64,000 nt of DNA from Chrysomallon squamiferum (taxonomy: Eukaryota; Animalia; Mollusca): the NCBI GenBank assembly GCA_012295275.1, contig CM022666.1:4774001-4838000 (forward strand), given 5' to 3'. Positions 27,822-41,690 of the stretch are shown here, in pieces (position 1 is the first letter of the stretch; every line of letters starts with the position of its first letter). Under the pieces are notes generated by a model. That model saw only the letters and a program-made list of their open reading frames with translations. It did not search any database and was not told where the DNA came from. The position numbers and the translations under genes were made by a program.

Positions 27822-28657
27822 ATGGCACCAATTCGTCCAGTCATTGCCATTTCTCTTATGGTACTAAACTTGATACTCATCATTTCCATTGCATCTGTAA
27901 CATTAAACGAATTTCTGAACAGAGAAACCAACTTGTTGTTTGACAAGGAACTGTGTCTGAAAATCTCGTGCAAACCAGGAGAAAACTGTTGTGATGACAA
28001 ATCTACAAACAGAACCAGGAACAATACCACGTATTGCTGTTACAGAGATGGAGAGAAAGTGATCAGTGAAATTATGAAAAAGGTCAATTCTGTTATAAAT
28101 TCTAAAAGAAGAAAAACCATAAATACATTAAATACAGGGAAGAAAAAAGTACGAAATAAATAAATAAACAGATAAATAGATAAATAAATAAATAAATAAA
28201 TAAAAGATAAAAGATAAAAACATTTTGAAAAAATTAAAAAGAAAATAATATTAGAATTATGAAAAGGATAAATTCATTGTGCTGAAAAATATTTATAAAT
28301 TTAAAATTGATTATTATGGACGAGTTTCAAAATGATTATTAACATTCTTTTTAGAAACTGAGTGAAAGTCATACAAAAGCTGAGAAAAGTGGTAAGTTAA
28401 TACAGATATATATACACACACATACATACATACATAAAAACACAAAGCCGCATAAACACAGAACAGACACAAGCATACACACACATACAGACAAAGGCAT
28501 ACAAGCACAGACAGACAAAAATACAAAAAGGGATACACACACACAAACAGAAACATAACCAAACATATTTAAAATTCCACAAAAGTTTTTATAATTGTAT
28601 TAGTATGTACGAGTCTATATATGTACATAGGTATCAGTGCATGTGTGTGGGTGTGTA

Positions 28658-28688
<31 letters not shown>

Positions 28689-29556
28689 TTCAGAACAGAA
28701 ACTTAAACAGATCAGAGAGGTCGCTTACAATCTGAATAATAAAAACAATGTGAAGACATCGGCTAATCTACAAATGGAAGTGAATGCAACATATGACAAA
28801 AGTAAGAAAACAAACAGTAGTAGCAGTGGTAGCAGCAGTATTAGTAGTGGTAATAGTAGTAGTAGCAGTACTCAGTTAAAAGAGCTAATTTGGTAATAAA
28901 TGTGGTAGTAGTAAAATAGAAGTAATAGTAGTAGTAATTTAAAACGTTGTTCTGGTAAAAGTAATAGTAGTAGTAATCACTTAGTTATTAGTAGTGGTTC
29001 GGCAGTAATTATAGAAATTATGATAACAATAGTACTAGCAGTGTTAGTAGTGATAATATCAGTGATGGCAGTAATGTAGTTAATAGCAGGAGTTTGAAGT
29101 AGTTGCACAAATATATTAGTAATACTAACTACAACTGTTGACAATTTAAAATAAAAATATTATTTAAAAATAATTTGTTCTTAAAAACTTTTCAGACACA
29201 CCGAAGCCTCTCATCAAATGGACGTCGTCTGGTAAAAGATCGTTTGTGAAAGGAGCTGCAGCTGTTGTCGCTGACGGGATTCAAGTTAAAGAAGCTGCTT
29301 ACTACTTCATATACAGCAACGTTTTATTCCATGCCAACCAAGTCAGAGAGCTAGAATACGCTAGACTGTGTCACTCAATTGAAAAATATCCAACTTATGA
29401 AGTCCTCTACAGAAATACCAGGAAGCTTTTGTTCCTTCCTACATTGGAGCTGTTTACTACCTGAAAGCCAATGACACTGTAGTGGTGAGAACATCAGTTG
29501 TGAACAGAATTTTGAGAGATCCACAGACAACCTACTTTGGTCTCTATATGCTTTGA
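27822..29556 (+). pseudogene. TNF-like copy B, frameshifted in the THD
   Basis: Exons 27822-28082, 28355-28391, 28694-28801 and 29196-29556. The last exon is 361 nt vs 389 because of a 28-nt deletion at ~29415, giving a premature stop at 29464. AHL is changed to ANL. Confidence 0.85.
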
Positions 29557-31554
29557 AATTGTTACATGAGTCCTGAATTATGACTGGTAATATATCATTT
29601 TCTCTACACTGACAGAAAGACAGTACTCATGGACTAGTATATATCAGACTAACCTTTTATTCTTTTATTGTTACAATATCTTGAAAAGTTTATGTTAGAC
29701 ATACATTGATCTGTCTTTATATATCAGTATTATTATTATCATTATTATTATTATCATTATTATTATTATAATTATTATTATTATTATTTCTTTATTTCTT
29801 TATTTATTTATTTATTTATTTTTATTTTAATTCATATTGATTATTATTTATTTTATTATTATTAATTTTTGTGGTTGTTTGTTTTTATTTGTATATATAT
29901 TTTAAAATATAACTTCTACTATTTCCCCCCCACTAAGCAGCCAAACTTCATCATCTTATACTGAACATTGCTATAATACTTTTGTTTTTGATTATTGCAT
30001 ATTTATTTATTTACTTTAAAGAGATATTTATAAAATTACTTTACTGTCGCTTGTTTTTTAGGGTTTTCCATCAGCTTTTAATAAAGAACTTTTGTCTCTG
30101 AAGAGACATCATTTATTATTAAAACAGATATACTAATTATAATAATCAAATATGAGTTTATTTTTATATCTGTATTATTCTAATAGAGATTTAATTCGAT
30201 TTAATTTGTTTGTGTTGTATAATAATATTGGTATAGTAACATTTTGTATGTGTTTTTATAATTTTTTCATTAATAATTAAGAATTTGCTTCAATTTCCTT
30301 TTGAGCATAAGGTGTCAAACATGATTTAAAATGTTTGTAATAAGGTACTTTATATTTGTTGTCGATACGTGTATTTTGAATATCAGTATATTAACAATGA
30401 GGCAGAGGGGGTCCCTTTAAGTATTTTGGAGAATAAATATTTATTCAAGATCTGAGCTTTCTACCCAGAATAAGAAATTTTCTTTACTAATTACTACCAT
30501 TACTAGTATTATTACATAATCATCAGTATTAGTATTATTCTTACTACTGATACTATTTACATTAGAGATGCTGCTACTACTACTTCTACCACTATTAACT
30601 TTATCACCATCACTTTTAATGGTGGAGTGACATTGTGTAATAAAATACCTGGATAATAGTCTTGTGTTACATTTTACTTTCTTTGTTTCTGTTCGTGCAC
30701 GTACATCACATGTATATGCATTGTTTTGTTTGTTTCGACGTAGTCTAGTTTTTTTTGTCATAAAAACAACTCAGGGCAAACTAAAATTCTTAAAATAGAT
30801 TACTGTGTGTGTGCGTGTGTGTGTGCTAATAGTATGTGACGTATATGCATTGTTTTGTTTGTTTGTTATTGTGTTTTTGTTTTGTTTTGTTTGTTTTTTC
30901 TCTGTGGGATTTTTTTTTGTTCCAGCTGACCTTTGCATTGAATAAGGTCATACAATTAGCTGTGAAGATTAACTAAACTGACATAATAGCACGTACGTGT
31001 GTATAAAATGACTTTGCAGATATTCCGCACAATGCACGTTTACCTAACTTAATTCTTTTTACCCAGTTACACCACACAATGGTTCACCTTTCTTCTCCTT
31101 GATATACTGATTACTTACTGTAATTCCAGGCGAAGATATTAGTTTTCCTAAGAGCGTTTTGACAATACTTCTATTTATATGTTTTTTCATCGGATTGGCA
31201 GTGGATGGTTTCTATCGCATTCGCGAATGTCAAAAAGTTCGTGTGGGAAAAAATCTCAGCATGTGATAGTAGTATTATATCAAGTAGTAAAATGTACCGA
31301 ACACGTGAACAGAAGTAACGTTATACATTAAAGGCAACAATAACAACAACCACAAGAACAGATTCATTTATTTATAACAATAATGATTAATTCATACTTT
31401 CAGGATCTGTCTATTAGTAATTCGGTTGACATAACAACTTCATCTGCTCAACTTCAACAATAAGAAAATATACTTGAGATAATAATAACTATTTTTATTT
31501 AATTTAACAATTTTATATATTTATAAAATGTAATGTATGTGTATGTATAAATAC

Positions 31555-31627
31555 AGTGTCACTGACTTTCAGGTAGTCAACAGCTCCAATGTAGGAAGGA
31601 ACAAAACTTTCTTGCTGTCTTCGTACT
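31555..31627 (-). pseudogene. Short antisense THD fragment upstream of copy C
   Basis: Reverse complement gtacgaagacagcaagaaagttttgttccttcctacattggagctgttgactacctgaaagtcagtgacactgta matches the terminal THD exon. Confidence 0.75.
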
Positions 31628-32068
31628 AAAGAATAATATGCCAAAATTATCTGTGAATATTCAAAGCTTGACAAAGATAAAAAAAAATCCCCTCAGAGGT
31701 AATATCTATTAAACAAAATCTGAACACATTCATAATCTAATAAGAAAGAATTGTGACAACAAAAATCCATTGGGGTTTGTCGTTTCTAAGGAAACTTAAT
31801 ACACCAGACTTCATCTAAAACAACAAGTAAATAAAAATGAAATTCAAAGTAAAATAAATAAATAAGAAATTGCAGTAAAACATATTTATATATACAGTCT
31901 GTGAAACCAGTATTTACATGTATTTTCTGAAATTTTCAGTATATTTCACGTTCACATGTACGTGTGTTTCTGAAAGCGTACATGCATGCATTCATAAAAC
32001 GCTGGTATAAAAATTAACGACGCGAGTATGAAGTCAGAGGCAGCCTAATTCAGGTCAGTATGTGAATA

Positions 32069-32816
32069 CACTGGTACCTCGAGTTACGAGTGCTCCAACT
32101 TACGAGTTTTTCGAGTTACCAGCAGCCGTCCAGTCGATTTTGTGCTTTAACTCACGAGCCTAAATCCGAGTTACGAGTTATATGGCGCAACGAACAACAC
32201 AACATCCCGTGTCTCATTCGTTTGCTTCATGTGGTCACCTCGCTGTGGAAACATCTCTATTGTGTTATGCTTGAGTTTTGTGCAGTATTTTATCAAATTT
32301 CCATGGATCCTAAGAAAGTGAGTGGAAAGGAAAGTGCTGAGAAGAAGAAGCGGATGATGTCCATTGAATTAAAGCTTGAATTCATAGAAAAACATGAGCG
32401 AGGTGTGCGTGTAGTCAACATGGCTAGGCAGTACGAGCGTAATACTTTTATTATACGTACCATACTGAAGCAGTAGGAGTTGATAAAGGCTACAACTCCA
32501 GCCAAAGGTGTTAAAATAATTTCTAAGCTGCGGATCTCTGTCCATGAAAAGATGGAGAAACCCTTACCCTGTACACTTTACAAAACCAATTTTTTTCTTT
32601 ACATTCTCTTTTGTTTTGTTTTTATATTTGTCATTTATACATCCATTTTTCTTTTTTAAAAACACATTACAAAAAACTGGGGTGGTTTTGGGGCCTGGAA
32701 CGGATTAATTGTATTTCAATTAATTTCATTTGGGATAACTGATTTGATATACGAGTACATTTGAGTTACGATCTCGGTCACGGAACGAATTGAACTCGTA
32801 AGTCAAGGTACCACTG
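32069..32816 (+). mobile_element. Non-autonomous, internally deleted Tigger/pogo-type DNA transposon
   Basis: TIRs CA(C)TGGTACCTCGAGTTACGAG / CTCGTAAGTCAAGGTACCACTG, with TA on both sides. An empty site is seen at ~38165-38195. Residual CENP-B/psq-type HTH MDPKKVSGKESAEKKKRMMSIELKLEFIEKHERGVRVVNMARQY starts at 32303. Confidence 0.9.
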
Positions 32817-33658
32817 TATTTCACTTATTTCATAGGTTATACATATAAAACCACATTTCAGTGATGTAATAAAATCGTCAAAATTTTGTTACATTATTTT
32901 CATACCGTCACAGGTTTTCCTATACATTTGTGCAAAAAAAAAAGACTTCTTTATTTTTATTATTGTTATTATTTTTTAAATTTCCACGTCTTTCCAGTGA
33001 TATAAATAATTTCTGATGAAAAACTCTCCTCTTTACACTCTTCGGCTACTGGAGACAAACTTTGTGGTATCACGTGTCCAAGTTTACATCAGGAGGATTA
33101 TCTGCTCCTTTAGTAATCGCTGTGCTGTCATATTGGATTTCAGTGGTGTTTATATACAGTGGTTTACTAAGCATCCGTGAAATTTGATAAATCAAACCTG
33201 GCATTTTATAACGTGTAGTCAAGGTTTTCGTAATAGAAAACTTTTGCTATTTTTATCTGCGTTATTTTTCTGGGGGTTTTGGGGGTTTTCTTGAACATCA
33301 CATAGGAAAATTATCGATGTAAATATATCTTGGTATTACGTATTTTAATTTTTTTTTTCTTTGAAGAATGTTATGTAGAAATGTGTGTAGATGTGTTTTA
33401 TATTGTGTGTGAATTTTTCTTGCTAATATTTATTATTTTATTTATTTAACTATATTTTAAAAGTTTTATATTTATGTGTATGTACATGTGTATATTATTT
33501 TTTTGCTGAGAGAATGTTATATACAAGTGTGTATATTGTATGTATGTGCGTGTGCGTGTGTGTATTTATCTGAGTATTATTTATTACTAATAAGATTTTT
33601 TTTCTTTTGGTCACATTTTACAGACTTCTTCTAAAGGAATTAAAAGTTGGTACACAAA

Positions 33659-34440
33659 ATGGTACCAATTATATATATCATTGTCATTTCTCTTATGATG
33701 CTCAACTTGATACTCATCAGTTTCATTGTATCTGTAACATTAAACGAATTCCTAAATAGAGAAATCAACTTATTGTTTGACCAGGAAATTTGTTTGAAAA
33801 TCTCGTGCAAACCAGGAGACAACTGTTGTGATGACAAATCTACGAATAGAACCAGGAACAATACCATGTATTGCTGTTACAGTGGATGAGAAAAAGTGAT
33901 CAGTGAAATTATGGAAAAGGTAAATTCTGTTTTAAATTCTAAAAACAAACCCACAAAACACAACAACATAAATGCACTAAATGAAATAAGTTTTATGTCG
34001 ATATGATATTAACAAAGAGGTAAATTCTATATAACAATATTAAAAAGTTAAGTTCATTATGAATGAAATTAAAGGAATAAAAATGCAACAAATCCATATG
34101 TGTTTAATAATATTTGAACTATGAAAAGTTGAAATTAATTGTGCTGAAAAAATATTTATAAATTTAAAATTGATTATTATGGACGAATTTTAAGGTGGTT
34201 ATTAACATTCTTTTTAGAAAGTGAGTGAAAGTCGTAAAAAAGCTATTAAAAGTGGTAAGTTAGCAGAAATATATACACAGAGTCATACTTAAAAACACAG
34301 TCGCATAAACACAGACACACAAAGCAAAATCATAAACATGCACACACAGACACAGAAACACACGCGCGCGTGTGCGCGCGCATTTTAAACAGATTACAGA
34401 CGTCGCTGATCGTTTGAAGTTAGATAATAAAAACAATGTG
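33659..34440 (+). pseudogene. TNF-like copy C, nonsense codon and 3' truncation
   Basis: Exon 1 at 33659-33919 has an in-frame TGA at 33887-33889. The micro-exon is at 34218-34254, followed by a remnant of the duplicated exon-3 piece and (GT)n. There is no THD exon. Confidence 0.85.
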
Positions 34441-34475
34441 TATACAAGTCTATGTATATATGTATACATGTTCCA

Positions 34476-34539
<64 letters not shown>

Positions 34540-34959
34540 CAGGGGGTTTAACTAAATATTTTTTTATCATTTGTTATTTTTCTTGAATATATTTTAAAAT
34601 TTTATATAAAAGCGTCTAAAACAAAAACACGAGATTTTTAGCTTTGTTATTTTGTTTGTTTCACACTAAATCAGCCCGATTATTTGTCCCTGTGGGAAAT
34701 AAACCAGGATAAAAAAAAAACGATCCTCATTAAAACTGAAATTTATTTAGTTATTTTTCAAAACTTTTCTATTGCGCCTTAGGCATCGGCCTAGTTTGCC
34801 TGTATGGTAGCACCAGTCCTAATTGTGTTTACGTGAGAACTCAGACTGTAATTGTACATATCTGAGTGTTTAACAACCTTAAAGACACTAATAGAAGTAA
34901 TATGTTTTCTTATATTTGTTTAAATTTTAATGATCTGTTTTTACAATTTACTTTCACAG

Positions 34960-35077
34960 GACGGAGAGACCAGACATTGTAGAAAACCAACTTGACGCTT
35001 TACTCACTGCAGCCAGGCGCATCGTCATGGATACAGCTCAAATTGTTGTTGTATTTTTGTCCATTGTGGTGCTCAAG
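34960..35077 (+). other. 3'-truncated copy of exon-like element Y
   Basis: ctttcacag|gacggagagacc... is nearly identical to the reverse complement of 63687-63804. Confidence 0.65.
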
Positions 35078-35719
35078 TGAACACAATTAGCAAACCCTCA
35101 TCAATGTTTTAAACAGAGACACCTTTAAAAATATCATGTCTTATGTTTTTATGTGTACACAGATTTCATTCCATAATCTATAAGACAAATCAGGTATTTA
35201 GTTGTGCCATAACAGAACTTTCCATTTATGTATAATAAAATATATAATTTATTCTTTAAAAAAATTAAATAAAAATAAATGTGGATCATAAATAAAAGTA
35301 AAGGCTGTAATTCACAATCACTGGGGTTCTTACCTATCTCCGAGTCAAATTAAGGGGAGGTAAACCAGGCTGCCAAACACCGTGAACATAAAAGCGGAGT
35401 GAAGAGAAATTAGTTATGATCATTATATTTACTTTATCGTTATCTTTATTACTTAAACTATTGATTTATTCTTAATACACTGTTATTCAAAACACACCTA
35501 TAGGCAACAAGTCTAAAAGAAATTTATTACAATTACAAAAACATTTCAAACCATATTCCAGTAGCATAATTAATTGTTAATACTAATAATATTAACAGTA
35601 ATAATAATAATAATGATAATAATAATAATAATAATGCTGCCTTTAAACACTATAAACGTGGATATAAAGTAAAAACAATTAATTATTAAGAGTTATAATT
35701 CAGGCCTCTCGTAACAATT

Positions 35720-37652
35720 TTACAGCATGTACAGCCCAAAGTAGGTGGTCTCAGGATCTCTCAAAATTCTGTTCACAACTGATGTTCTCACCACTACAGT
35801 GTCATTGGCTTTCAGGTAGTAAACAGCTCCAATGTAGGACGGAAAAAAGCTTTCCTGGTTTCTTCGTACTTTGCATGTTGTTTGAGGATTTCTGTAGAGG
35901 AGATCATTATGTGGATATGTTTCAATTGAGTGACACAGCCTAGCGTATTCCAGTTCTCTCTTTTGGTTGGCATGGAATAAAACGTTGCTGTATATGAAGT
36001 AGTAAGCAGCGTGTTTGACTTGAATCCTGTCAGCGACAACAGCTGCAGCTCCTTTCACAAACGATCTTTTACCAGACGACGTCCATTTAATGAGAGGCTT
36101 CGGTGTTTCTGAAAGGTTTGTAAGAATAAATGACTTTTAAATAATATTTTGATTTTAAATTCTCAACAGTTGTAGTTAATATTACTAATATATTTCTCTA
36201 ACTACTTCAAAATTCTTTACAGTCACTACTTTACTGCTATCACTGATATTATCACTAGTAACACTGCTAGTACTGTTGTTATCACAGTTTCTATAATTAT
36301 TTCCTTACCAATACTAATAACTAAGTGACTACTTCTACTACTACCAGACCAATTTTTAAGTAACTACTATTATTACTTCTATTTTACTACTACCACATTT
36401 ATTACCATATCACCTCTTTTAACTGAGTACTACTAGTCTACTACTGCTATAACTCTACTACTATTATTAGAAATCTACTACTATTTGTTTTCTTACTTTT
36501 GTCATATGTTGCAGTCACATCCATTTGTAGATGAGCCGACGTCTTCACATTGTTTTCATTATTCAGACGATCAGCGACCTCTTTGATCTCCTTAAGTTTC
36601 TGTTCTGAAATATACATATATATAATGTGTGTATGTATGTATGTATGCATGTATGTGTCTGTATGTATGTATGTCTGTTCGTATACATATATAGATACGA
36701 ACAGACACACATACCTTTATACATACATAGACTAGTACGCACGTAAATACAAATACATAGTTATAAAAACGTGTGTCAATATTTAAATATATGAGGATAT
36801 GTGTTTCTGCGTGTGCATGTGAATCTTTTTATGTGTGTGTGTTTTGTTCTATGTATATAATGTGTGTGTCTTTTTCTTTATGTGTGTGACTGTGTGTGTA
36901 TGTTTATTATTGTACTTGTGTACATGTCTTTGTGAACTTCTCACTTTTTGTATGTCTCAGTCTTTATGTGTGTGTATACCTGTGTGTGTTCTGTGTTTAT
37001 ATGACTTTGTGTTTTTATGTATGTCCGAGTGTGTATACATGTCTGTGTTAACTTACCACTTTTCACAGCTTTTGTATGACTTTCACTCAGTTTCTGAAAT
37101 GAATGTTAATAACCACTTTGAAACTCGTCCATAATTAACAATTTTAAATTTATAAATATATTTCAGCACTATTATTTTCTCCTTTTTCTTAATTCAAATA
37201 TTGTTAAACGTATATGTATCTTTTTCCTTTTCTTTGTTATTTCTTTAATTTCATTTATAATGAAGTTAACTTTTTAATATATTTTATACAGCATTTGTCT
37301 GTTTCTTAATTTCATATTCACATTAGACTTTTTTACGTTTTTTCATTCAATGTATTTATGGAATGTTTTTGGAAGATAAAACAGAATTTACCTGTTTCAT
37401 AATTTCACTGATCACTTTTTCTCCATCCCTGTAACAGCAATACGTGGCATTGTTCCTGGTTCTGGTCGTAGATTTGTCATCACAACAGTTTTCTCCTGGT
37501 TTGCACGAGATTTTCACACACAGTTCCTTGTCAAACAACAAGCTGGTTTCTCTTTTCAGGATTTCTACTGATGTTTCAGATACAATGGAAATGATGAGTA
37601 TCAAGTTTAGAACCATAAGAGAAATGACAAGGACAGGACGAATTGGTACCAT
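35720..37652 (-). CDS. TNF-superfamily ligand, copy D, 264 aa, apparently intact
   Basis: Exons 37652-37392, 37093-37057, 36604-36497 and 36108-35720 (261/37/108/389 nt), GT-AG, no stops, THD motifs intact. Confidence 0.88.
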
Positions 37653-38099
37653 TTTGTGTAACAACTTTTAATTCCTTCAGAAGTAGTCTGTAAAACATAA
37701 AAATGTTATTAGTAATAAATAATAATAACACACACACACAGACACATATACACACACATACCATATACACACACACCTATATGTAATATTATTTCAGCGA
37801 AAAAGAATAATATACACATGTACAAACATACAAATATAAAACTTTTAAAGAATGGTTAAATACATAAATAAAACGTTACCAAGACAAATTCACAAACAAT
37901 ATACACGAAATACATATAGCAAAAGTTTATCTTATGAAAATCTTGTCAACATGTTAGATAATGAAAGGGTTGATTTATCAATTTTCAATGGACGCTAAGG
38001 CGAGATTTAGTTTTTTCAAACTGGTTTAATATCACATAATACAATATAATACAAATGAAATTAGGGCGTGGAAAAATCCTAAACAGCATAGTGAAATTA

Positions 38100-39575
38100 T
38101 AATTTTATATAAATATATATATAACGTATGAAATAAGTGAAATTATAATTTTATATAACGTATGAAATAAGTAAAATATTTACATACTGACCTGTGAGGA
38201 AAACAAAAATGCAGCTGGCGTCATTGATTTTTATACCAGCGGCAATTGAAACTAGAATATCAGATTATCTTTCTAAGAAATGGGTTTTTCCAGGTGTTTT
38301 GATTGACGTCTTCTTCTTTTTTTATATTTATTTATTTGCTGTGGGTTTCGTAGTTAATGTGTAGTCATTGAACATACTATGAAGAAAATGAGCAAAGTTA
38401 TTATATGTATGTTTTTTGTGTTTTTTGTTTGGTGGAATTTTACAGCCAAGATTTGTCATCTTACACATAATCGGAATAAATTAATGTAGTCATCCTGGAA
38501 CAATTCCTGGTAACGGTCGCTGTCCGCTGAACGCACTGTGTAACTAATTATGTAGATGTTTGCTCTTCTGTATTAATCCTTACGTGATTGTTGTGACCGA
38601 ATACAATCATTCTATCCATCTATAGCTTTACTGAATGTTCAGACTTCTCAAGTTCGCCAATTTTGACAAAATGTAACACTCTACATTCTTATGACCATAC
38701 ATCAAAGAATACAGCTCACCATTCTTGTTGAAATGGGTATTAATAAAAAAAAGCACTTTGACAAGGATTCTTGAAATAGTAGTGGTAATTAAACATGAAT
38801 TTTATGGGTTTTATGCATGTACGCTTTCACACACACAAATACATATTAACATGAAATAACTGAATATTTCAGGATTTACATGTAAAGACTGGTTTCACAA
38901 ATTGACCAGAAATATATATAAATATGTGATTCGTGTATTATGTATGAATATTGTTAGGATTTGTAAATATTGTTGCATTTTCTTATAGTTTTACTTTTTT
39001 AGATGAAGTTTGACGTGTTTCCTCACTGAATACAGAACACAATGGATTTTTGTTGCCACAGTTTTTTCTTATTAGATTATTCATGTGTTCACACTTTTGT
39101 TTAATAAATGTTACTTGTAAGGGGATTTCTTTGATGTTTGTCAAGTTTTGAATCCTGCTGTTGTTGTTGTTGTTGTTGTTGTTGTTGATATTATTATTAT
39201 TAATAATTTATTTGTTTATTTATTGGTATTGTTGTTGTTGTTGCTATTTATTCAATTAATTAATGTATTTATTTTATTTATATGGAGATTATATTTATTT
39301 CATATTTATTATATACACAGATAATATTTTTTCAATTAATTTTGTTAAATAATGTTTACTGTACTCGGTTACAAATAAGATTCTTGGGACAGTTGCCAGT
39401 ATTTCAAATAACAACATATTTAAATTATGATGTTGGCTTATTTTTGTCACGTTAACGTTTTCTGAGAATTAATAATCAGTACTCTCTTTCTCCGGGAACT
39501 GGACTTTCAGAAAAGTATTGTTATAAATAAATAAATATGTTGTTGTTGTTGTTATTGTAGTTACTGTTGTTGAAA
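38100..39575 (+). repeat. Direct duplication, second copy at ~45520-47160
   Basis: Long high-identity collinear match, including the TATA/leader segment. Confidence 0.85.
38192..38291 (-). promoter_or_regulatory. Putative promoter and leader exon of copy D
   Basis: Minus-strand TATAAAA at 38235-38229 in the same gctggtataaaaatcaa context as copy A, donor cag|gtcagt near 38191, and GGGTTTTTCC (Rel/Dorsal-type) at 38282-38291. Confidence 0.5.
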
Positions 39576-39725
39576 ATTCAATAAGGATGTAATATTAAAG
39601 ATTCAGCTTAGCAAATACCATGTGTATGATATTATAAAACTGACATCCTGTGATGTATAATATACAATGTATCTGAATATATAATTTTTTAATTTTCAGA
39701 ACGGATTCATAGTCCTCCAAGCTGA

Positions 39726-39807
<82 letters not shown>

Positions 39808-39920
39808 GTTAAAGTTGTTGTTGTTGCTGTTGTTTGTATTAATTTATTCATTCATTATTTATTTATTTGGTTTCTGATCATTATAGTTACTTTAGTGTTA
39901 TCATTATGAGTTAAATTAGT

Positions 39921-40115
39921 CACACACACACACACACACATACACACACACACACACACAGACACACATACACACACCCACACACACACACACACACATA
40001 CACCCACACACACACATATACACATTCACACACATACACATACATACATACACACACACACATACACACACATACACACATACACACACACACATACACA
40101 CACACATACACACAT
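39921..40115. repeat. (CA)n compound microsatellite
   Basis: Directly visible. Confidence 0.95.
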
Positions 40116-41030
40116 TATATTTGAACTAATCTTACACCATGAAATTAATTCATTTTTTTACTCTCTCTTTTCATCTTTTAACATATCTGGTTTTGTCTGG
40201 CTAAGAATAATTTTTGAAACCAGCGAGGATCAGACAATGAAAGATACATGAAAAGAAATTAATTTAAAACCTAAAAACATTACATTCTGATATGTGTGTA
40301 TAATTTGTATATTTTATAGACAGTGTGTTAAATATTGCTGTTATATAACCATGTACATATCATATACTTATATAGATACGCCTACATACGTGCACATCCA
40401 CACACACACACATGTATCATGATTAAGTTTTAATAGTTATGCTCTCGTCCTTCACTGTTTGATTGGCTGTCTAAAAAAAAAAACGACAATAATAACAATG
40501 GTAGCTGACTGGAAAACTTTTAAAAATTCTCAGTAAATTATCTTTAAAAGTAATTCTATCCGAGCAGTGTTTATAAATAGTTATTTTCTTAGCGGCTCGG
40601 GTGATACAAAATACCCGGCCCACGTGTTCAAGATATTCACTGATTTCAGGCTGGGAAATGTGTACCTAACGTTTGATTGCACCGATATCTTATTTCACAA
40701 TCTGCTTGAATTACGTGATCACTGTTATCTCTAGTCCATATAAGCACGTTGAACAACTGAAACATTTTAAAAAGAAATGATAAAAAATAAAAATATTTTT
40801 TCTGTCAGAGAGTAATCATAGATAATGTGGATATTCTACATTAAATTCTTTATAATTTGTTTAGGTTTAGACTGTTGAATATCACATGTACTTCACGTAG
40901 TGTAGTTTCTGTCATAGAAAAACAATTCGCATTAACTGAACAAAGCAATATTCTTAAATTAGATTAATGTGTGTGTGTGTGTGTGTTTGTGTGACTTGCT
41001 TGTATTGAATATATATTTTTTAAATTTCAG

Positions 41031-41351
41031 AACGGATTCATAGCCCTCCAAGCTGAAATAATCAACAGTCGACTTGTTTCTCATGCAGAACAAATGAACT
41101 CAGTGGAACTTCCTTTGTACCAGAGCTGGATGGCAGCGTATATAGAACGTCATGAACGTGCACTGCAACTACACCAGCAGCAGCTGACAGCACTGCAGTT
41201 TGTACACAACGAGACGTACTGCACCTACTTGGTCAACCTCGGCATGGACATCAACTGCACTGTAGATGGAAGCAAACAGCAGCGGGAGTACGTCATCTCA
41301 GCGACTGGATGTCAGCTTAATCCAGTGTGGCCCAAGTTTTATAAAAGGTGA
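41031..41351 (+). CDS. Isolated exon-like ORF, unknown protein (possibly a pseudo-exon)
   Basis: Acceptor aaatttcag| opens in frame: NGFIALQAEIINSRLVSHAEQMNSVELPLYQSWMAAYIERHERALQLHQQQLTALQFVHNETYCTYLVNLGMDINCTVDGSKQQREYVISATGCQLNPVWPKFYKR*. It is non-repetitive and much more GC-rich than the flanks. Confidence 0.5.
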   Translation, partial: NGFIALQAEIINSRLVSHAEQMNSVELPLYQSWMAAYIERHERALQLHQQQLTALQFVHNETYCTYLVNLGMDINCTVDGSKQQREYVISATGCQLNPVWPKFYKR

Positions 41352-41355
41352 TTAC

Positions 41356-41357
<2 letters not shown>

Positions 41358-41447
<90 letters not shown>

Positions 41448-41690
41448 AAGGGAGAGAAAGAGAGAGAGAAGCAGAGAGAGACAGGGAGAGACAGAGACAG
41501 AGATAGAGAAAGAGAGAGAGACAGAGAGAGATAAAGGGAGAGAGACACAGAGAAAGAAACAGAGAGAGACTCAGAGAGAGACGGAGAGAGACAGAGAGAC
41601 AGAGAGAGAGATATACAGAGAAAGAGAAAGAGAGAGACAGACAGACAGCGAGAGAGAGAGCGATACACACACACACACACACACACACAA
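41358..41690. repeat. (GA)n / GA-rich / (CA)n microsatellite
   Basis: Directly visible. Confidence 0.95.

Noticed and set aside
29790-29825. TTATTTATT runs resembling the mammalian TNF AU-rich element
   Set aside because: (TTTA)n is ubiquitous in this window and is not conserved behind the intact copies.
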